DNA of 46,397 nt from Malacoraja senta (lineage: Eukaryota): contig JAXLNO010000221.1 in the NCBI GenBank assembly GCA_038087875.1, positions 62,001 to 108,397 on the forward strand. Reading direction: 5' to 3'. Made by a program: the position numbers and the translations under genes. The notes under the pieces are model-generated. The model worked only from the letters and a program-made list of their open reading frames with translations. It searched no databases and was not told the DNA's origin. Of this stretch, positions 34,812 to 46,049 are shown in pieces (positions within the stretch are counted from its first letter, which is position 1; the number at the start of each line of letters is the position of its first letter).

Positions 34812-36639
34812 ACAAGGTCCCACATAAGAGATTAGTATACAAACTTAAAGCACACGGTATTGGAGGTTCAGTATTGATGTGGATAGAGAACTGGCTGGCA
34901 GACAGGAAGCAAAGAGTAGGAGTAAACGGGTCCTTTTCAGAATGGCAGGCAGTGACTAGTGGGGTGCCGCAAGGCTCAGTGCTGGGACCCCAGCTATTTA
35001 CAATATGTATTAATGATTTGGATGAGGGAATTGAATGCAACATCTCCAAGTTTGTGGATGACACAAAGCTGGGGGGCAGTGTTAGCTGTGAGGTGGGTGC
35101 TAGGAGGCTGCAAGATGACTTGGATAGGCTGGGTGAGTGGGCAAATGCATGGCAGATGCAGTATAATGTGGATAAATGTGAGGTTATCCACTTTGGTGGC
35201 AAAAACAGGAAAGTAGACTATTACCTGAATGTAGGCCGATTAGGAAAAGGGGATATGCAACGAGACCTGGGTGTCATGGTACACCAGTCATTGAAAGTAG
35301 GCAGCAGGCAGTGAAGAAAGCGAATGGTATGTTAGCATTCATAGCAAAAGGATTTGAGTATAGGAGCAGGGAAGTTCTACTGCAGTTGTACAGGGTCTTG
35401 GTGAGACCACACCTGGAGTATTGCGTACAGTTTTGGTCTCCTAATCTGAGGAAGGACATTCTTGCCATAGTGGGAGTACAGAGAAGGTTCACCAGACTGA
35501 TTCCTGGGATGTCAGGACTTTCATATGAAGAAAGACTGGATAGACTCGGCTTGTACTCGCTAGAATTTAGAAGATTGAGGGGGGATCTTATAGAAACTTA
35601 CAAAATTCTTAAGGGGCTGGACAGGCTAGATGCAGGAAGATTGTTCCCGATGTTGGGGAAGTCCAGAACAAGGGGTCACAGTTTAAGGTAAAGGGGAATC
35701 TTTTAGGACTGAGATGAGAAAAACATGTTTTACACAGAGAGTGGTGAATCTCTGGAATTCTCTGCCACAGAATGTAGTTGAGGCCAGTTCATTGGCTATA
35801 TTTAAGAGGGAGTTAGGTGTGGCCCTTGTGGCTAAAGGGATCAGGGGGTATGGAGAGAAAGCAGGTTCGGGATACTGAGTTGGATGATCAGCTATGATCA
35901 TATTGAATGGCGGTGAAGGCTCGAAGGGCCGAATGGCCTTCTCCTGCACCTATTTTCTATGTTTCTATGTTTCTATGTTGTCGGACTAATCTTCTTCAAT
36001 TCGAAGAATATGACAGAAAGCCCCAAGATGATATGGCCTTACCAGCACCCTGATGAATTGGCTTGCTCCAATGTGGAGATGGTATGGACACAATGGTCTT
36101 CCTCTGTACTGTAACCAATCTGTGATTTGAATGCAACTGGGTTGTCGTTTATTGCTACACCTATGCAAAGCAATAGTTAGTCCATGCCAGATGTATTGTG
36201 AGCAGTCATTGACATGCATCTTAAGAAGGATATACTGAGATTCGCCAGAGTAAAACATGAAACTGGATTAGGCTTTTGTTGAGTAACAGGGAACAGGTTG
36301 TGCTAGAGATCTCCAACTTGAACTACCCTCCAACCAGCATGCTCCCCTCCAACCCAAGGAAGGTCCTATGGCTCTGCATTTCCTAGTCCAATCCCTTGGC
36401 ATCAGATCCTTCACGAACCTACAGTGTGTTATTCTCTATCACAGAAAGCTGAGGAGGTCAAGTTATTTACCAAACTGAAGAAGGAGCAAGAGAGATTTCT
36501 AGACACAAAATACATCAAGAAATATGGAGCGAGGACAGCAATATAGCATTGCGATAGATGGTTAGCTACGATTGGACTGAATGGTGGAGCAGTCTAAAGG
36601 GCTAATTAGTTTACTCTTGCTTAAAGCGTTCTCTGTTTC

Positions 36640-37480
36640 CATTTGGACATGATTTAATTTAACAAATCAATGCTGTCTTTGTCTGATCAATCAAACTTGT
36701 TCAAATGACTGCTAATTCTGTCCATGATTATTCTTAAAGTTTTCCCCACCACTGAGGTTAAACTGAAGGGTCTGGGGTTACTGGGTTGATATTTCTATCC
36801 ATTTTTAAACAAGAGTGTAATATTTGCAGTTCTCCTGTCTTCAAACACTTCCTGAATCTACAGATATTTGGAAGAATAAGGCTGGGATTTCTGCAATTTC
36901 CTCTTTTATCTCTCTCAGCAACCTTAGATGCTTCCCATCCAGACCAGATAATTCATCCATTTTATTATGGCTATCCTTTTTTTTAATCAATTTTCATCCT
37001 ATCCAGAATCTCAACAAAACCTTTCTTTATGAAACCTTCAACTGCATCTCATTATTCGATGAAGATGGGTGTAAAGCATTCAGTTTATAACTGAGATATG
37101 CGCACTGTCACAGAAAATATTTCACCGACCTATAATTCACAGCATTCCATCTACCTCTCTTCTTAAACAAGGAACAACACTGGCTACTCCCCGGTCGTTC
37201 GGGACCTCCCTATGGTAAGAGATGATGCAAAGATCATCGTCATGGCTACTGCAATTTCTTCTCTTGCCTCTCCTGATAATCTGGGATAGATACCATCAGG
37301 CCAAAGGGATTTATTCACCTTAATGCTCTTCAAGAGCTCCGACACGTTCTCCATCTTGATTTCAAACTGCCCTTGCATATTAGTCTTCCGTGTCCTTCTC
37401 CTTGATAAAAACAGTGGCAAAGTACTTGTTTTGTACCTCACCTACTTCCTGTAACTCAAACTCCCTGCTTTATTCTTGAG
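36640..37480 (-). mobile_element. Two adjacent old CR1 ORF2 fragments
   Basis: ORF 37184-37441 IKVNKSLWPDGIYPRLSGEAREEIA. The segment 36740-36960 is a second copy of the same RT N-terminal region. Confidence 0.7.
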
Positions 37481-37989
37481 CAGGCCTACCTTATACATGG
37501 TTTGTATTTTAATATACATTTATTTTGGCTCATCCATGGAATATTGGCTCTAATTACCCAATCCTTCCCCCTCATGGAAATGTACACGAATTGCAGCAGA
37601 AACATTTCCACTTTGAAAGCAATTGTTCAATTAATTCTGTGCCTTCCAAGTTTTGATTCCAATTTACTAGGGCCACCTTAAAATTGGTCCTACTCCAATT
37701 GGCCTATTTTACCTTGAGATCGTCTATTTCCTTTTCCATAGCTATTTTAAGCCCCACCGTATTATGATCATTGTTTCCATTAATAGATGATAGTTCCACT
37801 GATAGCTGGTCCATTTAGACTGGCTCTTTCCAATTAAATCAAACAATGCCACCTTCATTTGGTTAGAACTTCAAGTTAAAATTGGCTTTTAAATTATTTT
37901 CTGTGCCTATCCATGATATATTTGCAACTTGGATATGTGTTAAACTCAAATAATCCAGACACATTAAAATCCTAATACAGAAATTACTA

Positions 37990-38260
37990 ATACCTGTAAA
38001 AAAAAAGTAAATTGAATGTTGGCCTTTATCTTAGCCAAATTTCAAAGGTGAGAAGGTTTTGTCAGGTCTTTAAAGCCTGGAATGTATCTTACCTGTAGTA
38101 CTGTGTCCAGTTTGGAGCCATATGTCAAAAAAAGGATGTGTTTTCCTTGGTTAGAGCGCAGGGCAGAGTCACTGGAATAAGATCTGTATTTAAAATGGTA
38201 CAAAATAAGGAAGATGGTGTGAGTTTGAGTTCTTCCAAAGCTCTGCTCATTGTACCCCAA
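37990..38260 (+). mobile_element. Very old CR1 RT C-terminal remnant
   Basis: GAATGTTGGCCTTTAT...GTAGTACTGTGTCCAGTTTGGAGCCA...GAGCGCAGGGCAGAGTCAC matches the MLAFI / YCVQFW motifs. Confidence 0.55.
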
Positions 38261-38274
38261 TTCACACTCGCACT

Positions 38275-38628
38275 AATGGTGGCACAGTGGCACAGCTGGT
38301 AGAACTGCTGCCTCACTGCGCCAGAGACCCGGGTTCTATTCTGACCTCAGGTGCTGTCTGTGTGGAGTTTGCACGTTCTCTCTGTAACTGTATGGGTTTC
38401 CTCCGTGTGTTGCAGTTTCCAAACACATCCATATCCGTTTCCATCCACATCCAAAAGAACTGCAGGTTTGAAGGTTTATTGGCCTTTAAAAAAAATAATT
38501 ACCTTTAATGTGTGTATAAGGAGTAAATGGAAATGTTGGGAAATATGCAACCAGTGTGAAAGGATGATCGCCAGTTGATGTGGACTCATTGGGCTGAAGG
38601 GTCTGTTTCCATGCTGTATCTCTAAACT
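38275..38628 (+). mobile_element. HE1-like V-SINE
   Basis: GGCACAGTGGCACAGCTGGTAGA...GGGTTCTATTCTGACC...GTGGAGTTTGCACGTTCT...GAAGGGTCTGTTTCCATGCTG. Confidence 0.88.
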
Positions 38629-38659
38629 TTACATTAGTTTCTGGTCCAGGACCTTGACC

Positions 38660-39870
38660 CTTCGCATTTCTCGGAATTCCTCCATTTCTCCTTGAAATAC
38701 TTCACTACTTGTACCTGGTATTTAACTGATTTCCTTCACCACACCATTGACAACTGTGCTTACTGTTATCGAGGCTATTACATCTCACCACTACATCCTT
38801 TCCATCTCCAGCTTTGTTACCGAAAGTGCACTCTTGCTCCTCAATATGGTCCAGCCAAGCATTTTTATTAGTCAATTGCTAACTCAGGATAGAGCTAGAG
38901 TTCAAACAAAGGAATGTCAGTACTCCTAGGGACATCCGGATGTGGTTGAAGTGAGGAAAGCTATCGGAGACACAAGAGACAGCAGATGTTGGAATCTGGA
39001 GCAAAAACAATCTGTTAGACAGCAAGAACAATGCCATATATTCTGCCTGGGTAGTCCACAGCCCAATTGTGTGAACAATGAATTTTCTATTTTCAGACAA
39101 TCCAATGTTCCACGCTCTCTGTCCATCTGATCCACCTCCAATCCTCCAATGTTTGTTCTTCCTTTCTCATGCCCCATTGCTTAAGCCACCCATCACTCAA
39201 TTTCATCCCCATTCTCCCCCCAGGTTATTCTACATACTACTCAGACACTTCACCCACTGTATGCTTATTTCTATCTGGTTCCATCTGCTTTTCATCTCTC
39301 CCTTAATGTGTCCCATTGTCACCTTCAATACGTATCGGATTCCAGCCTTCCAGGAGTTTCCCATCATAGCATCCTTCAACCTCTGTCTCCACCTTCACCC
39401 TCCATCCACCCCATCCACTTGTCTTTTTTTTCCTTATCTACTTCCAACTACCACCCACCTATCTTCCAACTCCTTCCCTCCATTCCATCTCCCCCACCCA
39501 TTTCCTTCTCGATATCATCTTTCACCTCCCTCGGTTCAGCTATCACCTACTGACCCCTGTTCCATCTCTCCACTTCTTCTCTTTATAATGCCTAATATAT
39601 GTTTTGTGATGATTCACTCCAGCAAAGCATATTTGTACCTCTAAAAAGTTGAATGACATTTTATTTACCAGCACATGACGCATATGTTTATTAATAGTGC
39701 ATTACCCCACCTTTTTATCTACAAACAAAGCATTCATACTGGCTATCTTCCCTCTCCACCTTGACCTGAGATATTGACAATTTCTTTCCCCCACAGATGC
39801 TGCTTAACCTTCTGTACCTCCAGCAGTTTGGTTTTTTTGTTCCAGATTCCAGCATCTGCAGTCTCTAGTG
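38660..39870 (+). mobile_element. Composite old Penelope-like element (coding remnant, inverted terminus 38966-39016, GIY-YIG end, UTR, terminus)
   Basis: IFCLGSPQPNCVNNEFSIFR at ~39040-39097, a long pyrimidine-rich UTR and a CCAGATTCCAGCATCTGCAG end whose reverse complement occurs at 38975-39005. Confidence 0.7.
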
Positions 39871-40164
39871 TGGACAATCACTGGCTCAAATCGATGATCC
39901 TACATTGGAATTGGGAACGAGAGCTATCAAATTAGTTTCAATTGTAAAAAAGGTGGAGGAGGAATGGGTAGAACAAAATAATATCTCTTGTAGGGCAATT
40001 CCAAACGGGTTAATAAGATATTTACAAGCACATTAAGCTTCTTTGTCTGTGTAATGTGTTATTAATGCTAAGGTTGTGAGGCATGCTCAACATGCTAGCG
40101 TAAATGAATAGCATGAGAAAAACTGGACTAAAATTATAATTTCTGATTGGTCAGAAATAAAGAG

Positions 40165-40320
40165 CGAGTTACCTAAAGTTGGAGGATTCGAGTCCTGCAG
40201 GCTACAAAGAGCCCAGATGGAAGATGATATGTTGTTCCCTGAGCTTACATTGTAACAGTGCTGGAGACCACAGAAAGAAAGTTAGGAGTGGGAGTATGAT
40301 GTTGAATTAGAGTGAATTTC
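40165..40320 (-). mobile_element. Penelope GIY-YIG C-terminal remnant
   Basis: Minus strand EQHIIFHLGSL*PAGL... followed by AACTTTAGGTAA. Confidence 0.6.
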
Positions 40321-40696
40321 AGACTCAGCCCGCCTCCCACCACCCACTCCGCTCCCCACATCCCCTATTGACCCTCACTCTTGCTGCTCCGGCGACTTTC
40401 CCGGCTTTACCATGCTACAAATTGTTTCCCACTGACTGCCAATACACTCTCTCACTCTCTCTCTCTTTTAAAGGACCATGAGGAAAGTGTGAGATTTCCC
40501 ATGATGGTTTCTGCAAGCTTCCACTACAAAATGTAAGTTTGTTCTGTTTTAAACCACTGATCCATAAATTTTAGTACATCTGAAATTATTCTGCCTGCAC
40601 TTTTTTCTGCACCAGGCACTAGTCCTTCATCCATTCTGTCTTTTCAAACCAGGCATGATCATCATCAGGAGGAGAACTAACCTTTGACAACCAATA

Positions 40697-40762
40697 GTGA
40701 ATGAATGAATGAATGAATACGTTTATTGGCCAAGTATTAACATACAAGGAATTTGCCTTGGC
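40697..40762 (-). mobile_element. Very short LINE 3' terminus with (ATTC)n tail
   Basis: (GAAT)n, then TTTATT, then ACAAGGAATTTGCCTTGG. The architecture resembles a Rex1-type 3' end. Confidence 0.55.
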
Positions 40763-40849
40763 GTTGACATCACTGAGACTTGTTGACATGCTGAGGCTCA
40801 CTATAATCAGAAATTCTACTGGATCAGCCACGGAAATATTGTGGCTAAA

Positions 40850-41370
40850 AGAGCAGGTCAGGTGCCTATATCAAATGGTGGGTGAACTGCCCCACAAGAC
40901 TCCCTGCCCTTTCTACCAGATATAAAGGTCAGAGGTATGATGGAATATCCTTCCCTCACCTTGAAGACTGTCATTCAGGAAGCTAAACAACAGACACACT
41001 CTGGAAACTTAACAACATCCAAGCAGCCTACAACCTGATCACACATTCCTCCACCTCCAGTGCACCATATTCTGTATATGTGCCATTGATACAATGCCTT
41101 GTATTTACGTTGAGTCACTCTGATAGCGCTTCTCAGCAATTCGCACTGAAGAGTAGATAAGCAGGAGCTACATAGCAGCACCACCACCTGGAGGCTTCCC
41201 TCCAAGTCACAATGCAGCCTAACATGGATGTACCTCACCTTTCCTTTCCTCTCCCCAAAAGAGTTGTTGGAGTACCTTCAACAGAAAGATTGTGAAGTAT
41301 TCAAAAGGGGTTATGCTACTGCTTTCTCATGAACAACGAGGAATGGAATTAAATGCTGGGCTGGGCTTGC
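40850..41370 (+). mobile_element. Ancient CR1/L2-group LINE 3' remnant
   Basis: TATAAAGGTCAGAGGTATGATGGAATATCC...AAACTTAACAACATCCAAGCAGCC (YK-VR-MMEY / KL--IQ--A) and a 3' ATTAAATGCTGG. Confidence 0.55.
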
Positions 41371-42429
41371 CATTTGTACCTGTGTCCAAATACAAGATTT
41401 AAACACTGGATCCTGTTCCCATAAGCATGCAACTTTGCAGAGAAATATCCAAGACTATGCTACGTAGTAGAATATAAATGTATAGTCCTTGCAAATATGG
41501 ACGAGACATTGTTGGGATACAATAATTGACATCAATGCTGACTGAAGTCTGTTAGCTCATAGGACATGCCATTAATGCACTTGTTTGAATGTCACATGAG
41601 GTTAGGGTTGGGTGTGGTTGTAGTCTCTCAGAAATGAACAACAGGCAGACATTCACTGTCCCACTTTAAGACTGGTTGCTTTACCATAGTAATGAAGAGC
41701 AGCTGATGCTGATGAAACCATGAGACAGTAAAGGGGTGAAAATAAACAGCGGAGAAACAAAACAGAAATAACACAACAGCAGTTTTACATTGTGTTGCTC
41801 TGCATTCCTGAAACAAAAGCAACCAAACTGCCTATTACATAGTGTTCAGATTTATGTTGAAATTGTTAAAATTATATAAGAATTGTGCAACATCTCCTAA
41901 CTGCTGCTGCCAACTGTCTCAGTCCTCCCATTGTTATACATACTTGGATGACTTTGTAAAATGTCAAAAATGCAATGCATCATTGTGCATCCCGAAAATC
42001 ATGTGTGAACAGAATGTTCAATGATTCAAGCAAAAATGTACAGCTACTCATTTCCACAAAAAAATGTAATACTTTTTTTAATTGAATGAGCTCAGATCCA
42101 GGTGCAATTTAACTATCTAAAGACATGAAGACAAATGATGACCGTGTAGTGTTGTAGTTTGTGGTCTAATGAATGGTTAAAATTTCTCCTTATTAGTGGA
42201 TAAATGAAGTTAATGAATGCCAAACAAATTCTTCAGCCAAAAGTTGGTACATTTCTAGGAAAACAATTATTATTATACTATTTTTAAAACCATTATGTTT
42301 GTACAACTTTTACCATAACGTGGACTGCGCCCCCCCCCCCCCCCCCAAGACCATTCCATGGAATTTTTTCAAATGGAGGATACAATGAAATTGAATATCT
42401 GTGTGAATATGGGCAAAGAACCTCAGTGA

Positions 42430-42655
42430 TCTCCTCCAGAGATGTTGCCTGTTCCGTGAGTTACTCCAGCTTCTTGTGTCTATCTTCGGTGTAAACCAGC
42501 ATCTGCAGTTCCTTCCTATACATTTTGTCTGCTCCACTGTGAAATCTCCTCAAGATATGCCTAGTTTGAAGAAGTTCTCCTCCTCTCTTGACCCGAAACA
42601 AGAGATGCTGCCTGTCCCGCTGAGTTACTCCAGCATTTATGTCTATCTTCAGTGA
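42430..42655 (+). mobile_element. Tandem partial Penelope pseudo-LTRs
   Basis: Two direct copies of GAGATG(T/C)TGCCTG...GAGTTACTCCAGC...GTCTATCTTC (42439-42487, 42602-42650), the second preceded by GACCCGAAAC. Confidence 0.8.
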
Positions 42656-43140
42656 TAATCTTGGTGGTCCAGCATCGAGCAGGCAAGTGTATTGTGCGAT
42701 ATACCAATGGCACTCATGGATAGTATTAGCCTGTCAATGAATCAGTGTAAAGGAAGATGTTTTATAAACAGCATCATCATGAAAAACACACAGTGGATGC
42801 ATGCAGGAATAAAGTACTGAGAAAATCACTCCTAATATAATACGGGGCTAGGGGTTTCCATAATTTATCATTTCTACCCAAAGGTATTTTAGCAATACCA
42901 TCTCCCAATCTCAGGAACGATGTTTGATAAACAACAATGGTGGTAATACTTTTACAGCTTGATGCAAACAGATTTGCTCCCAGCCAGAGGATCATCCATA
43001 GCAGAAGGGAAGTCTTGGGAAGAGGCAATGATTCCTGATGTAAAAATGGTGCAAGATCTCCATCATGTGGTAGAAATAAAGATGGCATGCAGGTTTGCAG
43101 TGAGGGCCAATAAATAACAACAAATTCCCACAGACTAGAA

Positions 43141-43540
43141 GAACAAGTGGGGATCTTATGGAAATATATAAAATTCTTAAAGTATTGGACAGGCTAGATG
43201 CAGGAAAAATGTTCCCGATGTTGGGGGAGTCCAGAACCAGGGGTCACAGTTTAAGAATAAGGGGTAGGTCATTTCGGACTGAGATGAGGAAAAACGTTTT
43301 CAGCCAGAGAGTTAAGAATCTGTGGAATTCTCTGCTGCAGAAGGCAGTGGAAGCCAATTCACTGGATGTTTTCAAGAGAGAGTTAGATTTAGCTCTTAGG
43401 GCTAAAGGAATCAAGGGATATGGGAAAAAGCAGGAACGGGGTACTGATTGTGGATGATCAGCCATGATCATATCGAATGGCGGTGCAGGCTCGAAGGGCT
43501 GAATGGCCTACTCCTGCACCTATTTTTCTATGTTTCTATG
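43141..43540 (+). mobile_element. Young CR1 3' end
   Basis: ORF 43158-43457, a (TTTCTATG)n tail and TSD ACTAGAA at 43134-43140 and 43541-43547. Confidence 0.93.
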
Positions 43541-44099
43541 ACTAGAAACTGAGGCTGCTATTTAGGGATTCAAATATAGAAGACTGGGATAAATGTAACT
43601 TTGTGTGGAGGACAGGATTGTGCTCTTCCACTGCTGGAAGAGTCTCTCTTTACCTGTGTATTGTGGACTTCCTTATTCATTTCGTCAAAATCTAGATTTT
43701 CTTAAAGTTCCTTCATGCAACAGAGTTATTGGTGATAATCTACAACAGTATTTAATCTACAACAGTCCTACTTTATCTTGAGAAGATAGCAGTTAGATGC
43801 TTTCTTGAACCACTGCAGTGCTGTGCTGGATATGGATCCCGGATCAAAAAAGGACCATTATAATTCTGCTTTCTGGACTCAATATTGAATTCCGCAATTT
43901 CAGATAACTCGGTTTCCCTGTTTATATCAGAACTGACTGGTTCTGCTGTAGGTCATCTATGTGTAATATTGCCTCAACTTTTCTCTCTCCAGTAGCACGG
44001 CTGAATCTGCTGGCCTTTTCTTCTAGCTTTGCACTTTACTGTTTCATTTCATAGATCAATGAGGAAACAAAGTAAGATAAATACTATTAACTAGATGAC

Positions 44100-44305
44100 T
44101 TATCCCCATTGCAACCCTAACCGCCTTTTTGGAGATATTCCCTTTGTCCTCACCATTCCTCCCTCACACTTTCTGCTAATTAAAACTAACTTGTTTTCCT
44201 GCTTTCCCAATTCTGATGCAGGATCTTTCTTTAGAAATGTTTTATCAATTTCTATTTCCACAGCTGCTGCCTGATTTGCTGGGAGTTTCTGACATTGTCT
44301 TTCTA
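44100..44305 (+). mobile_element. Old Penelope-like 3' end (different subfamily)
   Basis: TTCTGATGCAGGATCT...GAAATGTT...TCCACAGCTGCTGCCTGATTTGCTG. Confidence 0.55.
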
Positions 44306-44324
44306 AATTGTAATTGTCTTTAGT

Positions 44325-44540
44325 CCGAGGGTGGTGAATCTGTGGAATTCTTTGCCAAGGCAATGGATATTTTTAAGGCAGAGATAGATAGATTCTTGAT
44401 TAGTACAGGTGTCAGGGGTTATGCGGAGAAGGCAGGAGAATGGGATTAAGAGGGAGAGATAGATCAGCCATGATTGGATGGTAGAGTAGACTTGATGGGC
44501 CGAATGGCCTAATTCTGCTCCTATCACTTGAGAACTTATT
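44325..44540 (+). mobile_element. CR1 3' end
   Basis: GAGGGTGGTGAATCTGTGGAATTC...GATCAGCCATGATT...GGGCCGAATGGCCTAATTCTGCTCC. Confidence 0.85.
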
Positions 44541-44662
44541 TTCTGCCTGTATTTCAGAGTGTTTTTTAAAGTGTCTAGCCAAGTAAATTTAGTGGAGTTT
44601 TGCAGACTCTATTACTGATACCAATATTTTGCCAATTAGTTTAATTAACTTAAGAGATTGCG

Positions 44663-44972
44663 CGGTGGCATAGGGGCAGCACAGAGGCGCAGCTGGTAGA
44701 GCTGGTGCCTCAGCACTGGGGACCTGTGCTTGATTCTAACCTTGGGTGCTCTCTTTGCATGGTCTCCCTGTGACCATGTGGGTTTCCTCTGGGTGCTCCA
44801 GTTTCCTCCCACATCCCAATGATGAGCAGGTTTGTAGGTCAATTGGCCTCTGTAAATTGCCCCTAATTGCAGGGAGTGGATGTGAAAGTGGATAACGTGA
44901 ATGGTGATCAATGGTCGACGTGGACTCGGTGGGCTAGAGGGGCCTGTTTCCATGCTGTATCTTTAAACAAAT
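44663..44972 (+). mobile_element. HE1-like V-SINE
   Basis: GCACAGAGGCGCAGCTGGTAGAGC, V-domain GGGTTTCCTCTGGGTGCTCCAGTTTCCTCCCACATCC and a CR1-like tail. Confidence 0.87.
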
Positions 44973-45269
44973 CAAATGTTCCTGTTTTTATTTTGGATTT
45001 TTCAGACTATTGGAGCAGGCTGGACCAGTTACAAACCATTTGCTCCAAATCCTAAAAATTAATACACTTTCCTATCCTCTCACAACACGCAAAACATTAC
45101 TGCATCATTTTAGGTTTCAAGTAAAGCTAGAGGAGGCAGATGTTTGTGCTTCACTGTATTTGAACAGACTATTTCAACACAAGTGTGATCCAGGTATGAG
45201 CAAGTTCCCTAAATTCCCAGCATGAAGCTCCACACCCTGCATTGATGGCACATGGGTAAATGACAGAAG

Positions 45270-45465
45270 GCTGTCGAAGCCAAGTCAGTGGAGATTTTTT
45301 ACGGCAGAGATAGATAGATTCTTGATTAGTACAGATGTCAGAGGGAATGGGGAGAAGGCAGGAGAATGAGGTTAGGAGGGAGAGAGATCAGCCATGATTG
45401 AATGGTGGAGTAGACTTGATGGGTCGAATGGCCTAATTCTACTATTCCTTATGCCTTATGACCTT
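45270..45465 (+). mobile_element. CR1 3' end
   Basis: Same subfamily as 44325-44540, with tail TTATGCCTTATGACC. Confidence 0.85.
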
Positions 45466-45724
45466 CTGACAATTTGTGTGTTGAATTGCAATTTTCCAAA
45501 AAGACTTTCCAACATGAAGGGAGACTGAATTCAAGTTTTTGGAACTACTTGTAAGTCCATTTTTGTAGTAAATTAAGACCTGAACTCCTCAGATTTCAAT
45601 AACATTGTCACTCCTGTAGTTGGGGAACCTGTTTTCTATTCCAGGGCAGGTGGCCATGTACCAGAGGGATGGGTCACACCTGAGCTTAAAGGGAACCAAA
45701 GTCTATGCAAGGAGGTTTGACAGT

Positions 45725-45930
45725 TAGGTCATAAGGTAATAAATGATAGGAGCAGAATTAGGTCATTCGGCCCATTAAGTCTCCAATCTAGTCTACTCCA
45801 CCATTTAATCATGGCTGATTTATCTCTCCCTCCTAACTCCATTCTCCTGCCTTCTCCCCTTAACCTCTGCCTAATCAACTGTAGTCTTCTCCCCTTAACC
45901 TCTGACTAATCAACCCGTACTAATCAACTG
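45725..45930 (-). mobile_element. CR1 3' end, inverted relative to 45270-45465
   Basis: GGTCATAAGG...AGAATTAGGTCATTCGGCCCAT...CATGGCTGAT...CTCCTGCCTTCTCCCC, with a small internal tandem duplication at ~45850-45915. Confidence 0.82.
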
Positions 45931-46049
45931 TAGGAACCAAAGCAACAGGTCAGCAAGTTGCAGGATTGATGGGAAGGTAGAGGTTATGACAAGTAAGTCT
46001 GTAAGAAAGGACAGTTAGCGACAGTTTAATGAACATGGTATGACTGATG

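Larger units (their letters stand above)
30473..35979 (+). mobile_element. Young CR1 LINE with essentially complete ORF2 region, interrupted by nested L1 and L2
   Basis: ORF 30617-31873 has an intact APE domain (NARSIRNK, GITETW, YRPP, GDFN, SDHN). ORF 31879-32424 is the RT N-terminus, and the RT resumes at 34812. It has a (TTTCTATG)n tail and is near-identical to 23012-25682. Confidence 0.96.

Noticed and set aside
23223..35492. Long antisense ORFs (23223-23699, 24493-24897, 31279-31692, 34750-35202 and others)
   Set aside because: They are shadow frames of CR1 ORF2 with no independent evidence of coding function.
39078..39644. 188-aa Pro/Ser/Leu/Phe-rich ORF
   Set aside because: It is an artefact of the pyrimidine-rich PLE 3'UTR, which is poor in stop codons.
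42330..42346. C17 homopolymer (possible G-quadruplex)
   Set aside because: It is an isolated simple repeat with no supporting context, and its length is prone to sequencing error.
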